Below are positions 27,401 through 36,457 of a DNA stretch of 36,457 nt, in pieces. Below the pieces are notes generated by a model, which made no database searches, was not told the DNA's origin, and saw only the letters and a list, made by a program, of their open reading frames with translations. The stretch's first letter is position 1. Every line of letters begins with the position of its first letter. This stretch comes from an uncultured Candidatus Poseidoniales archaeon (GTDB lineage: Archaea > Thermoplasmatota > Poseidoniia > Poseidoniales > Thalassarchaeaceae): positions 1 to 36,457 of the forward strand of contig CAYMRU010000003.1 of the NCBI GenBank assembly GCA_964392975.1, in the 5' to 3' direction. A program made the position numbers and the translations under genes.

Positions 27401-30400
27401 TTGCGATCGATGATACCCGACCCATTACTCGAGGTTAGGGTGCCGCCGATAGTGAATACCTCACCCGCAGTAGGATTCGCTTGGATTGGATTGACTGTGA
27501 GATTAGTTGGCGATCTTATTGTAATAGTGGTAATTACTGTCCCGGAAGAATGCAATGTGGATGAGCCGTTGAATAAGATGGTAATCGCGATTAGTCCCAG
27601 AGGGTGAGTGTGAGGGATGTCGAAAGTGAAATTGACAATCCCATCTCCGCCGTTCTGAATCTCAGGCAACCAAGTGTCGTGGAACTTGGCTGCAATTGTT
27701 AATCCCCCTAGTTGTCTATCGTTGTCACTGGATTCCACCAGTCTGGCACCGAAACTAATTGATGAGCCTCGGTCTGCTACGGTGTTGATTATCGGTGTCT
27801 TTTCGATGAATTGCGTTACTCCTCGTACGAGAATCGATGCGTTTCCTGTACCGGTGAGGTAGAATGGAGTACTGCCGTTGATTACGCTGACGACGACTGT
27901 CTTTGTTCCGCTGGTCACTCCGTCGGCTAGCGGGTCGGTAGGTACTGAGATATTGAAACTACCATCGCTTGCGGTGTTGATACTGTTCACCAGAGTCTCG
28001 CTTGAATCCGCGAGGAAGAATACCTCAAGGGCCATTGGACCATCGACTGAACGGTTGCTGTCAACCCCATCCAGAACCGTTCCGCTGATTATGAATGCCT
28101 GACCTGCAGTTACCTCAGGAGGAATGCTGTTTATCTGCACCAAACTAGCGACTTGGACTGTGAGATTAACGAAACTCTCATTCCCCAGCCAACGTCCAGC
28201 CCCCTTGGTCAAAGGATCGGATATGTCATCAGGAGCGTGGACGCGGACAGTGTAGTAACCGGGCGCAGTATCAGCCGGAATGATGGGGGAGAAAATCGCT
28301 ACGCCGTCTGCCCCAGTAGTCTGGTTCTCGAGAAGTTGCTGAGAAGGGCCTCCCCAATCGAAGTGGACCTGAGTTAGAATCCCCTCCAATAACGAGTTGT
28401 CTTCAACATCTGAGATGTTTGCAATAATCGGCATTGTCGAACCCGCGACAACGATTATGCTCTCAGGTGAGGACTCTACAACGAACTCTGTTTGTATGCC
28501 TGCATCATACAATGCACCGTCATCGAGTTTGAAAAACACCCCTCCAGCTGGTGGAGTTGATTCGAAATCCAAAACGACTTCCATATCGTATACACCGGAG
28601 CCGACTCCCCGAGGCATCTCAAAACTCAGATTGTATTCACCTGTCGTCTCGTTAATCCATCCTGAAGCCAATCTCTTGACGATGGGGGGTGCGGGTGAGC
28701 CATCTGGAGAATCCGGTAAATCCGAGGGAACCAGTAGTCGCACCACGACTGAGGAGTTATTGCCCAGAATCGGAGTTTCGTGGAAGATGTCATTGGCGAA
28801 TCCCGAAACCCAATTCGTTGAGCCTCTGGGTGTCCAGTCTAATCCCAATTGCACCGTGGCGTTCGCTTGACCTTGGACTCTGATGGTATCGGATGCAGAT
28901 GCAGGAAGGAGCCAGAGGGACCCATTGTAGTTCAATTCCCATGAATAATCACCAGCAAACATATCCTGTGGAGGTGTGAATTGAACACCCAACCTTGGCA
29001 GATCAACGGGGTCGGTAGCGTTCCAAACTACCGATCCGTTAAGTTCGAGATTATAGTCGCCGGGGAAATTAGCGACTGAAGAATTTGTATGATCAGTAAG
29101 TAGTACTTCGATGACGGTTATGGAGCCACGCTGAACAGGTTCAATCAAGTAATTGAATATGACATAACTCCTGATTCCGTACTGGTCCGTGAATGTGGCT
29201 TGGTCATTGGCATACAACCCATCTGAGTCAAATTCCAGTTTTACTTGGACTTCGCCGGCAGGCAGTGGAACGCTCTGGGCTGAGAATTGCCATGTCAACG
29301 AGAACTCCCCTGGGGAGGAGGTCCAGTTGCTGTCATTCAGGTACCACGATGTGAGCGAGATGTAAGGTCCGTTTGCATTTGCCCTCCTCATCTTCAGTGT
29401 AAGAGTTCCATTAAGTGGATCCAAACTGGGCCCTCGGCTCAGTACAGAACCATTCAGATAGATGTTGGAATCGATATCCAAGATGCTGCTATTCACCCCG
29501 GGGCCCTCTACAATTATGGTCAGATTAGGAGCGGGTGTGATGTTGAGGTTGAAATCGAGAGTACTAGGTCGGGCGTGATATGACGGAGTTGAGGCGTTAT
29601 TGAGGTCGTCCTGATGCCACCCGTAGAAGTCTATTGATGCGTTAATCAGTCCAAGCGGCTCTGTCTCGTTGATTGGGATTGAGAATTCAAAGTACCCTCC
29701 GGCCCCGAGGCTGGATATCAGACTGATAGGGCCATCTACAGTAGTGGAGTAATTCAGAATCACTTGGAGTTCATCCAATTGAGAAGGATCGGTGAAAGGT
29801 GAGTTGGCCCAAGAGAGGTCTCCGGTCAACAGAGTGTCTACTCCGGCCCCTAGCATGGGCTCGTTCACAGGAGTTGGATCTCTGATGCTGATAGTTACGT
29901 CATCGGTAATGTTCACATCCCAAGACAGGGAAATACCCTGAGATGAGACGTAGGCCCTCTCGTGCAGATACAGAACTAGAGACCCATAACCGGGATCGAT
30001 GACTTCGGCAGGAGTTCCGTTGAGGGCAAATGAGCCGTTCTCATCAGTAGTGCCAGAGGCAACGAGGTGCTCAGTAACGGCTGCACCCCCGGGGACATTA
30101 CCCGTATGATTGGTCAATACTAGGTATAGGTCAACGGTGGTATTCTCAATGGGAGTTGCATTGTCTACGAAACGCATAGTTCCGTTCATCCATATATCCC
30201 CTGAAGAAAGGTCCCTCTCAACCCACAGAGGGCCCCAGTCAGCCTGGATAATCTCTACCGGAGAGCCCTCTGGACAGGCCTCAAACGGAACCCATCCCAT
30301 ATCTAGGCCGCCCTGATTCTGGTTCCCCTCCATGTGCACCTCGACCCAAGAAGTGAAGTGTTTACCATAGACTTCGAATGATTTCCCTGTCCATGTTCCG

Positions 30401-33400
30401 CCAGCGAATCCTGTAACCTTTCTTGTCGGCAACCCAGCGATTCTTAGCATAACTGAGAACACTGATGTAAATTCGTCACAACTACCTTCCTGCGTTGAAT
30501 TGAGAATCCAATGAGCGATGTCAGTATCCTCAAGTGAGATCTCAGAGCCTTCAAGCATGTCCATTCTTCCTGAACCATCATGATTTAGAGTGAATGTAGT
30601 GGTGTCATTTCCATTCACAAGATAGTCTTGGATTGCTAATACCTTGTCCCATGCAGTTAATGCTCCAGATTCATTAATCACAGTCTCTGTAACTTGGACG
30701 ACATAAGTCCCTGTCCTCAGTAAGAAATTCTGGGAAAGATCGTAGGCATAGGTGCTGCCTGAGAAAGGTGTAGAGTTGCCAGTAATCTCTGGCCCTAGAA
30801 TCACACTGGGAGATGAGACAAACAAGGTTTCGACATAGGACTGATCGATGATGAGGTCGCGAGTATAGTTTGAGAAATTTAATCCGGCGTTACTGTCTTC
30901 CCAACTGGAGAAGTTGACAGAGTTGTACGGGGCTATAAGTTCAACTTCGGGTCCGAGTACTCCACTCTGGTAATCGATTTTCCATAAGTTCAACTCGGAA
31001 CCGTTCACACCCCAGAAGCTAGGATCCGCGACGCCCTGAGTTGTGGACCATTCAGGGGCAATCTGAGTATTACCGAGCAGTGTGTTATTCACACCCCAAG
31101 ATACCCCAGTGTAGTAGTCGTAAGTGTGCCATCTCCAGTAATTCGTAATATTGTAGTCTAGATTGGAAGATAGATTGGTGACGGTGAAGTAGAGTTGGTT
31201 GTCCATTATACCGTCTGTTGAATTGAGAGGATCTCCTTCGGAGTTAATACAATCGATGTCCCAAAACTCCGACGTACATTCATCTCCATCGATGATTCCA
31301 TCGCCGTCGGAGTCCGGATCTCTCCAATCAGTACCTATCTGCTGCTCAATGGTATCTGGAATACCATCGCCATCAGTATCCATTGGATTCAGGTCATCGG
31401 CCGAGTTATTCTGGGGATTTGTGCCGTCGAGATATTCTTGGCCGTCTGCAACGCCTCCGTTATCGGTATCAGTAACGTTCCATAGAGTGTAGTATGTATC
31501 GATGGTGCCGTTCCCACCGACACCGAATAACAATGAGCATCCAGTGGTGTTCTCAAAGTAGTTGTTCAGCCCATCTTCATCTGTATCCAAAAGATTGTGA
31601 CATGGATTACTGGGATCGGTATTATCCAGTACCTCAGTCAGATCGTCGACTCCATCTCCATCAGTATCGTAGATGTTGGGATGGGAGATGTACCCCCATG
31701 TATTCAGGAATTCCTCCCAGTCAGCGAGTCCGTCCCCATCTGTGTCAGCATAGTCGTCATCGCACTTGGGATCATTGGTTGCGTTCTGGCTAGCGTCCCA
31801 GCACCAAGAGAAATTAACGAAAACGACGGTTGAAGCATCGGGAGGTTTGTCCACGTCCACATTTCTGAGTGAATCGAGGACTATTGAATCATACCTGAAT
31901 CCTGTTAAACTTCCATTAGATGAGAGATAATATGCCATAGGGGCACCATTCTGTCTCCAGTCCTCCGCTGTGGGATTCAGTTCGAGAGTTGAGTTGAGTG
32001 TCAATTCTGAGTTCGCTGCGTCCCAGTTGACAATACTGAGCTCTATCTGCACGGTAGACAGACAAGGGTCAGTGAGGTGCCCGAAAGCAAGCTCGTCACC
32101 ATCATTTACTCCGCCTCCATCTGTGTCAGAAACATTCCATAGGGTGCATGTCATGTTCTCTTCCCAGTTGTCTATTCCATCGTTGTCGAAATCCCCTGAG
32201 TCCTCAATTCTGGTGGGATCGGTCTCTCCGGAATCGACCACTCCGTTACCGTTTACATCTTCCTCGCCATCATCGAACTGATCGCCATCGGTGTTGTTGT
32301 TCCTAGGGTCGGTTGCCCGAGGAGGGTCGCCGTACGAACCATTGACCTCAACACCGTCATCTATCCCATCTCCATCGGTATCAGTAGATGTGGGATCGGT
32401 CAGCAGTACTAATGCCTCGTAGGAGTCATTCAGCCCGTCGCCATCCGTGTCATTGTTGTTGGGGTCTGTCTGAGTTATGCCGTCCACCTCGGCAGTGAAA
32501 ATCTGGCAGCCTCCTGGGCCGAGTCCAAGTACAGGGTTACAAGGAGATTCGGTAGCAGTCATGTTGAATGGGCCGGGTCGAAAATATTGAGTTGGAGGGT
32601 TTGTGGATCCGTTTCGTGTCCCCCAAGTGGGATTGACATATTCCCAAAGATTACCCAAGCCGTCTCCATCAGGATCGCCATTGGCTCCGTCCATATTGGA
32701 GTTTGAAGTCGGGTCCAGGTTGTTAGCAACCTCCCAACCGTCCGGCATACCATCGCCATCGGTGTCCCAACCATCTGGGTCCTCGTCAATCAGCCCGTCT
32801 CCGTCGTCGTCGTCACTGCTGCAGTCGGCGTCTCCATCGCCGTCATTGTCGAAAGTATCGACCAATCCGTCCTTGTCATTATCCATCTGGTCATTGCAGA
32901 TGTTGCCCATTGGATCCTCATCAACCCCATCAGATCCCGACCCCTGGATAATCTGCATGGCGCTCTCCTCATCCCACAGCCTGACCGGAACTGTACCATT
33001 CCACCACACACCATTGTCCAGAACCGCGGGGGTAGAGGCAGAATCCCAGCCACTTGGCATACCGTACCGATACTCGTTCAGATTGGTGAAGGCGTCTCCA
33101 TCTGGATCTCCAGTAGAGCCGTTGTCACCCGATGATGAGAGTGGATTCAAGCCGTATTGCCACTCCCAGCCATCTGGCAGACCATCATTGTCGGAGTCCC
33201 AGTCCTGTGGTTGGGTATTGATGTAGAATTCAAGGCCGTATGGCAGACCGTCTCCGTCGGCGTCAGTACTCGCCATTGCCTCCCATTGGCCGAACTGGAA
33301 TGCAGCGTGCGACGAAAGCATCAGGAGTGCTGTGAATAGAATTGCGGACCGGCGCTTTCGAGGCAGGTCCCGAGATGTGAGATTCACTTGAACACGCGGC

Positions 33401-33402
33401 AC
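24433..33402 (-). CDS. Giant surface protein: Ca-binding D.DGDG (TSP3-like) repeats, transglutaminase-like domain, many Ig-like domains, TM helix, DUF4129-like cytoplasmic domain
   Basis: Signal peptide after GTG with SD GGGGTGA. Many DTDGDG..DG.E...TDP repeats. YWR...YD.Y.G..W followed by G.C..F......MLR..G.P.R.V.GF..G...WVEV......GWVPF. Repeated G.L.D...G beta-sandwich units. TM MLGIALITILLAVGATILI-RRRRK. Tail Y..L...L...G..R...ET.REF...L..IFEEARYS.H. Confidence 0.88.
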   Translation of the reverse strand: MPRVQVNLTSRDLPRKRRSAILFTALLMLSSHAAFQFGQWEAMASTDADGDGLPYGLEFYINTQPQDWDSDNDGLPDGWEWQYGLNPLSSSGDNGSTGDPDGDAFTNLNEYRYGMPSGWDSASTPAVLDNGVWWNGTVPVRLWDEESAMQIIQGSGSDGVDEDPMGNICNDQMDNDKDGLVDTFDNDGDGDADCSSDDDDGDGLIDEDPDGWDTDGDGMPDGWEVANNLDPTSNSNMDGANGDPDGDGLGNLWEYVNPTWGTRNGSTNPPTQYFRPGPFNMTATESPCNPVLGLGPGGCQIFTAEVDGITQTDPNNNDTDGDGLNDSYEALVLLTDPTSTDTDGDGIDDGVEVNGSYGDPPRATDPRNNNTDGDQFDDGEEDVNGNGVVDSGETDPTRIEDSGDFDNDGIDNWEENMTCTLWNVSDTDGGGVNDGDELAFGHLTDPCLSTVQIELSIVNWDAANSELTLNSTLELNPTAEDWRQNGAPMAYYLSSNGSLTGFRYDSIVLDSLRNVDVDKPPDASTVVFVNFSWCWDASQNATNDPKCDDDYADTDGDGLADWEEFLNTWGYISHPNIYDTDGDGVDDLTEVLDNTDPSNPCHNLLDTDEDGLNNYFENTTGCSLLFGVGGNGTIDTYYTLWNVTDTDNGGVADGQEYLDGTNPQNNSADDLNPMDTDGDGIPDTIEQQIGTDWRDPDSDGDGIIDGDECTSEFWDIDCINSEGDPLNSTDGIMDNQLYFTVTNLSSNLDYNITNYWRWHTYDYYTGVSWGVNNTLLGNTQIAPEWSTTQGVADPSFWGVNGSELNLWKIDYQSGVLGPEVELIAPYNSVNFSSWEDSNAGLNFSNYTRDLIIDQSYVETLFVSSPSVILGPEITGNSTPFSGSTYAYDLSQNFLLRTGTYVVQVTETVINESGALTAWDKVLAIQDYLVNGNDTTTFTLNHDGSGRMDMLEGSEISLEDTDIAHWILNSTQEGSCDEFTSVFSVMLRIAGLPTRKVTGFAGGTWTGKSFEVYGKHFTSWVEVHMEGNQNQGGLDMGWVPFEACPEGSPVEIIQADWGPLWVERDLSSGDIWMNGTMRFVDNATPIENTTVDLYLVLTNHTGNVPGGAAVTEHLVASGTTDENGSFALNGTPAEVIDPGYGSLVLYLHERAYVSSQGISLSWDVNITDDVTISIRDPTPVNEPMLGAGVDTLLTGDLSWANSPFTDPSQLDELQVILNYSTTVDGPISLISSLGAGGYFEFSIPINETEPLGLINASIDFYGWHQDDLNNASTPSYHARPSTLDFNLNITPAPNLTIIVEGPGVNSSILDIDSNIYLNGSVLSRGPSLDPLNGTLTLKMRRANANGPYISLTSWYLNDSNWTSSPGEFSLTWQFSAQSVPLPAGEVQVKLEFDSDGLYANDQATFTDQYGIRSYVIFNYLIEPVQRGSITVIEVLLTDHTNSSVANFPGDYNLELNGSVVWNATDPVDLPRLGVQFTPPQDMFAGDYSWELNYNGSLWLLPASASDTIRVQGQANATVQLGLDWTPRGSTNWVSGFANDIFHETPILGNNSSVVVRLLVPSDLPDSPDGSPAPPIVKRLASGWINETTGEYNLSFEMPRGVGSGVYDMEVVLDFESTPPAGGVFFKLDDGALYDAGIQTEFVVESSPESIIVVAGSTMPIIANISDVEDNSLLEGILTQVHFDWGGPSQQLLENQTTGADGVAIFSPIIPADTAPGYYTVRVHAPDDISDPLTKGAGRWLGNESFVNLTVQVASLVQINSIPPEVTAGQAFIISGTVLDGVDSNRSVDGPMALEVFFLADSSETLVNSINTASDGSFNISVPTDPLADGVTSGTKTVVVSVINGSTPFYLTGTGNASILVRGVTQFIEKTPIINTVADRGSSISFGARLVESSDNDRQLGGLTIAAKFHDTWLPEIQNGGDGIVNFTFDIPHTHPLGLIAITILFNGSSTLHSSGTVITTITIRSPTNLTVNPIQANPTAGEVFTIGGTLTSSNGSGIIDRNGNTLASSLTFSIDGQSSTFTVTGGDVAPNGTWSANIRLDLTFPRGTHTLLATFTPSVNYYGSGSGEANFDSRGYSLLSILDPLDLDPDRRTVRGDSINVSISLIDNAGQPVASEPVEIYVEGNLETTGLTDSNGTMTATITVDDFRTPGPLTISAEFAGINGTTGMIGDETSTRVIILAPTELRIDSITGSSIAGESVTFSGTLLDEHGQILAHGGSPQGGIIHLEIDGVSVGPVYSTQSNATTGTWSITYDLPLDSDYGAHTMTVRFLGGFTWVDPMGQGDSLNPEYYLPSSYSGVFNVTQTSQVVLTTPPGDIDRNELLLIEGMLTDGSGRVLSDRTLEVSMNGQYLTALSVDKNGTFSLYIPVPPDMELGPRIVLISYQGEEFIIGSNSSTIFTVYGPVSISIDPPSAVAAGDSLLLSGTVKDNLPGGWLANHSLQIFVDGALIGITSSDENGRWTYLWTVTDFLEVGNHILTVRAPEQGYHRLGISETTLVIAYHSGMTLQVDNAIMTRGGSWNFTGRLFDDDSTDNPGLEGREVSITLDGEHVAAITTSIDGTFSYTHNLGYDIARGPHIVEFSFAGETFYLPTQYNMTVYSRADIEIEVFPNNLHIIRGDPTAPIKIQGRILEIGGDSNVMSNMTVSLYWDESNLPLSDDPWSDDGTEHFGLITNAVQIMPRGPLTLTVMVEPDGSRYLNGETLDVEVDILISVVYTFTPESQHISEGQRFINGAVNVSAFDTGQPVDNFPMSAYLVNGTCQDRASSTHFSVVGPTNQDGLFTYEFESFTGLPSFHNQTFWGSLRVCFSTDSEYVDPINKTWLANFHGGLKASYEKQSSQAFGFTTMLGIALITILLAVGATILIRRRRKATIDQLAGVFSYTAELLAAGDEVREAIFNCYESLCQILMSRGFLRRDFETVREFEIAIRNALPISDQALVALDRIFEEARYSSHVLGEPHRQNAQMALSTVLQEIDELQEFPERDSYIADET
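31200..33270 (-). repeat. Protein-level Asp-rich calcium-binding repeats (D-T/S-D-G/N-D-G-x-x-D-G-x-E...D/N-P)
   Basis: Well over a dozen degenerate copies in the first ~730 aa of the 2989-aa protein. They are diverged at DNA level. Confidence 0.85.
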
Positions 33403-33440
33403 TTCGTCACCCCTTGCTGCCTACGGCAGAAAGATAGGGT

Positions 33441-33446
33441 CTTAAG
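33441..33446 (-). promoter_or_regulatory. TATA-like box upstream of the giant transglutaminase-like gene
   Basis: CTTAAG about 40 nt upstream of GTG 33402, leaving a short leader that contains the SD GGGGTGA. Confidence 0.4.
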
Positions 33447-33484
33447 ACGAATGGAGCGCCGTTCGGACAGGTATCGACGAAGGT

Positions 33485-36418
33485 TCAGACAAGTTCTATC
33501 TCATCATAGTCGTAATCGTCAGAATCCTCTTCCTCAACTATGGTGACAGGAGCGGGGATTGAGTCCTCATCCTCAGTCTCGGAATCTTCCTCTCCATCAC
33601 CACCCAAGGACTCCAGATATGCCAGATGTGCAGTCCATCTGCGACGGTTGATTCGGCTCTGGATTCCAGCGAACAAAAGTAGTATGCCGACGAGTGCGAT
33701 AATCAGTGTGGAGATTCTCGGGTGGGTGATTTCGTTGACGAGGATATCGAGCAGAGAAGATAGACCGACAGTCATGGTCACCGAGATTTCAGCCGTATAT
33801 TCATCGGGCCAACTCTGCTCGGTATCGAATGGAGTTGCAGTGACCGTTACAGGGACCTTGTCACCATTATTGGCAGACTCGGGAACGCTGACCTCAAGAT
33901 TGAATGTTGACTCCTCGAATGCTCCCAATTCAATCAGAGGCGAGCCTGATGGGCCATCTATATCCACGTTCCAACCCGATTCCTCCACCTCGGCATCAAG
34001 CAGGACTGTGAGAGGGCCGTTGCCATTGTTCTTTACCTTCAACTGTAATGAGTAGGCCTCTCCTGGTAGTAACTCGTAATTGGGAGAGACTTGGACAATC
34101 TGGAGTTGGGGGTCGCCTGGCTCAATCTCAAATACGATTGGCAAATCGAAGTACCTCGCATCATCGTCTTCGATATCCTCGATAATCCGCAGATAGATTG
34201 TGTGATTACCCGCCACAACCTGGCTTGTCAGTGTAGCGGTAACAAAGACCTCGGTGAAGTCACCGGGACCAAGAGAGACACGCGGCACTGCGTCCCCAGA
34301 GTCATCTGTAATTGTGAACTGCCATTGGCCATATGCTGGATCGTTGTCAAGATTTTCCTGCAGAGATGAGGGGTTCTGTATTCTCCACCAAGTCGCAGAC
34401 TCACCTCCTGTCATGCTATTGGTGATTCTTACTCGTAAGTCCACTACTGGATTACCCGAGCCCGGCGAGCACAAATCGGCCCGTATGTGCCCCAAAGGTG
34501 TGCCATCGCAGTCTTGGGATACCTCGGCGTGTATACCGAAGGTTCTCTGGATGGTGAAGGCGACCGTGGTTCGTAGAGATGAGTTTCCTTCGCTGATAAC
34601 CTCGATTTCGATTTGGCCTATGTCTGGGTCATCACGGTCGGAAGAGGGTTTGATGTTGAACAGTAGAACCTGGGTCGAGTGGCGCTCAAGGATGGCTGTG
34701 TGGAATGTCCCGTCGCCCTCATCCTCAAGGATTCTCTGTCCGGTCTCGTTGTCGTAGATTTGAATGATTGACTTGGCTCGCTGCAGCACATCGACGCGGA
34801 AGGTGTCGGCATCGAACCCGGTGTTGAATATCTCTAGGAGGAAGGGAGTGAACTCACCATACTCGACGTATCTTGGAGCGGTCTGGTCGAAGTCATCGGG
34901 CCTAGTGGAGTTAGCCATCTGGATGTCGTGATCCTCATTCCAAACCGATACCTCAGGTGGTTGGAAGACGTCGATCTTGTCGAGGTCCAGTTGCAGGATG
35001 TCCTGATGTACTACCTGCAGGACACTCTCCACCTCTGCCTCGGCCACTGCTCTGATTTCTATGCTCTCGGGCGTACCTGTGAGGTCATCGGGAGCAGTGA
35101 GAGTGAGAATCGGGTTGAGGATGTCCCCTCCAGCATTGAGAGTGTAGCCCCCCGGTGAGTCGAACTCGAGAATCCAAGAATTACCAAGGTTAGTCAGGAC
35201 TTCAAGCTCGACTTCCATCGACTTGGTCGAGTCTCCCTTGTGCACTAACTGCAGAGGGATTGCCGTGGTCTGGCCGGGAGCAATGTACTCTGTGGTCTTG
35301 TCGAGTCGGTGGTTGATTGATACGCCCCACTGATGCATCTCAATAGGCTCGTGCTCGATTAGGAAGTCGTTGCCCTGAATATCTGTAATCTCAAGTTCGA
35401 CGGAGTACTCTCCAGCAGGCAGGCCACCGGGATAGGTCCAGATGTACTCACCGAAAATCCCCTGACTCGTGTCTTCGATGTCCTCATCGTCCTCGTTGAT
35501 TATATGGTCGATTCGATAGACTCCGTTGGGGTCACGCATCAGGAGTCGAGTCGATTCGATGTCATACCTACCGAAAGAGCTCTTGACATCGAATGTGAAC
35601 TGCATCGACCTGTCAGACAGAATGTCGTTAGGATACCAGTCTAGTTCTGGTCCTTCGGCCAGTTCCGCACCCTCTCTCTGCAGGAGTACTAGGCTGTTCG
35701 AAATCGCATTGGCTTCTACCTCGATTTGCGAGAACCTGTCAGGTTCGCCATCTATCTCGTTCCATGCAACCTCAGCTTCACAACTTGAGCCGCCTGGGAA
35801 AGAGCCGCCATCACAGCCGCTCATCTCAGCCGAGATGGATATCTCCAGCATCTCGTCCTTACTCACTGTGAAAGACTGGTCTTGGCCTAGATCGACATCG
35901 AGCTCCTCGTGGTCGAAACTGCAACTGTTGGTGATTCCCTGAGTGCAGGCGTCGGTGCTCCATGAGGCGGTACCGACTTGCGAGCCACCGGCCTTCAGAG
36001 TGATGGTCCAGTCTACAGTCGCACCATTGGGGCCAGTGGCCCTAAGGAACAGGTCGAGTGGGACATAGTAGGAGCCTGAGCTGCCGTGCTGAGACCTGCC
36101 GTTGACCACCAGAGAAGAAAGCATGTCGCTGGATCTGAAATCTATCTCTGTATCGAGAGCACTGGCTGAGTCTTGGCCTCCCGAGTCCGGAACCTCGGTT
36201 GTGAGATAGCCATCTCCTCCAGCCGATGTATTCTGCGAGGCCAGATAGAGTGTATACATCTTGAGTTCGATGTCATCTTGGGCCATCAGCGGCTCGGAAG
36301 TCCGCAGTTCGGAAGGCTCACCGATGGGCGAGTAAATCGGAGCTAGCAGCAGCATCGCTACGAAGACAGCCAAGTGGGCTTGGCCCGGGACGATATTCGG
36401 CTTACTGCTCGTATGCAC
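33485..36418 (-). CDS. Membrane-anchored surface protein with tandem Ig-like (NEW3/CARDB-like) domains and acidic tail
   Basis: Signal-like LAVFVAMLLLAP. Repeats such as PG......L.V.N.G......L and W.........L........L.V.VP..A. TM LIIALVGILLLFAGI followed by RINRRR and an Asp/Glu-rich tail. GTG start 25-29 nt downstream of TTTAA (36447-36443). Confidence 0.8.
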   Translation of the reverse strand: MHTSSKPNIVPGQAHLAVFVAMLLLAPIYSPIGEPSELRTSEPLMAQDDIELKMYTLYLASQNTSAGGDGYLTTEVPDSGGQDSASALDTEIDFRSSDMLSSLVVNGRSQHGSSGSYYVPLDLFLRATGPNGATVDWTITLKAGGSQVGTASWSTDACTQGITNSCSFDHEELDVDLGQDQSFTVSKDEMLEISISAEMSGCDGGSFPGGSSCEAEVAWNEIDGEPDRFSQIEVEANAISNSLVLLQREGAELAEGPELDWYPNDILSDRSMQFTFDVKSSFGRYDIESTRLLMRDPNGVYRIDHIINEDDEDIEDTSQGIFGEYIWTYPGGLPAGEYSVELEITDIQGNDFLIEHEPIEMHQWGVSINHRLDKTTEYIAPGQTTAIPLQLVHKGDSTKSMEVELEVLTNLGNSWILEFDSPGGYTLNAGGDILNPILTLTAPDDLTGTPESIEIRAVAEAEVESVLQVVHQDILQLDLDKIDVFQPPEVSVWNEDHDIQMANSTRPDDFDQTAPRYVEYGEFTPFLLEIFNTGFDADTFRVDVLQRAKSIIQIYDNETGQRILEDEGDGTFHTAILERHSTQVLLFNIKPSSDRDDPDIGQIEIEVISEGNSSLRTTVAFTIQRTFGIHAEVSQDCDGTPLGHIRADLCSPGSGNPVVDLRVRITNSMTGGESATWWRIQNPSSLQENLDNDPAYGQWQFTITDDSGDAVPRVSLGPGDFTEVFVTATLTSQVVAGNHTIYLRIIEDIEDDDARYFDLPIVFEIEPGDPQLQIVQVSPNYELLPGEAYSLQLKVKNNGNGPLTVLLDAEVEESGWNVDIDGPSGSPLIELGAFEESTFNLEVSVPESANNGDKVPVTVTATPFDTEQSWPDEYTAEISVTMTVGLSSLLDILVNEITHPRISTLIIALVGILLLFAGIQSRINRRRWTAHLAYLESLGGDGEEDSETEDEDSIPAPVTIVEEEDSDDYDYDEIELV

Positions 36419-36457
36419 GATGATTCGGCCGTCAGAGTGGCGTTAAAGCGTTCGTAC

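Noticed and set aside
31200-33270. CRISPR-like or DNA-level repeat array
   Set aside because: The recurring ccatcg/ccgtc words are codons for D-G-D-G protein repeats. There is no constant repeat-spacer period and no cas gene.

Overview
Gene-dense archaeal chromosomal segment. An archaeal origin is supported by rpo7-spt4-rps24e-rps27ae, an archaeal-type DtdA, an XPD helicase, TATA boxes and GGTGA Shine-Dalgarno (SD) sites. Gene content and giant acidic membrane-anchored surface proteins suggest Marine Group II (Poseidoniales), and the length resembles a fosmid insert (both inferences). I call about 23 CDS, three of them absent from the ORF track: a proline dehydrogenase truncated by the window edge, rps27ae, and a 57-aa SD-led small ORF. 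Themes are amino-acid uptake and catabolism (ProDH, GdhA, polar amino-acid ABC transporter, class IV PLP enzyme), housekeeping genes, and three large surface proteins (1885, 2989 and 977 aa). No rRNA, tRNA, CRISPR array or mobile element was seen. Best candidates for undescribed biology: (1) a PEP-synthase-derived ATP-grasp plus phospho-His swivel protein that lacks the pyruvate-binding barrel but carries receiver domains, lying near gdhA, an HD hydrolase, a tandem RHH regulator and a small ORF; (2) an ABC permease fused to a YCF48-like beta-propeller with no adjacent binding-protein gene; (3) a sulfotransferase-fold plus class IV PLP enzyme pair with a displaced catalytic lysine; (4) a 2989-aa surface transglutaminase-like protein with a non-canonical triad. 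All calls come from motif recognition by eye; no searches were run.
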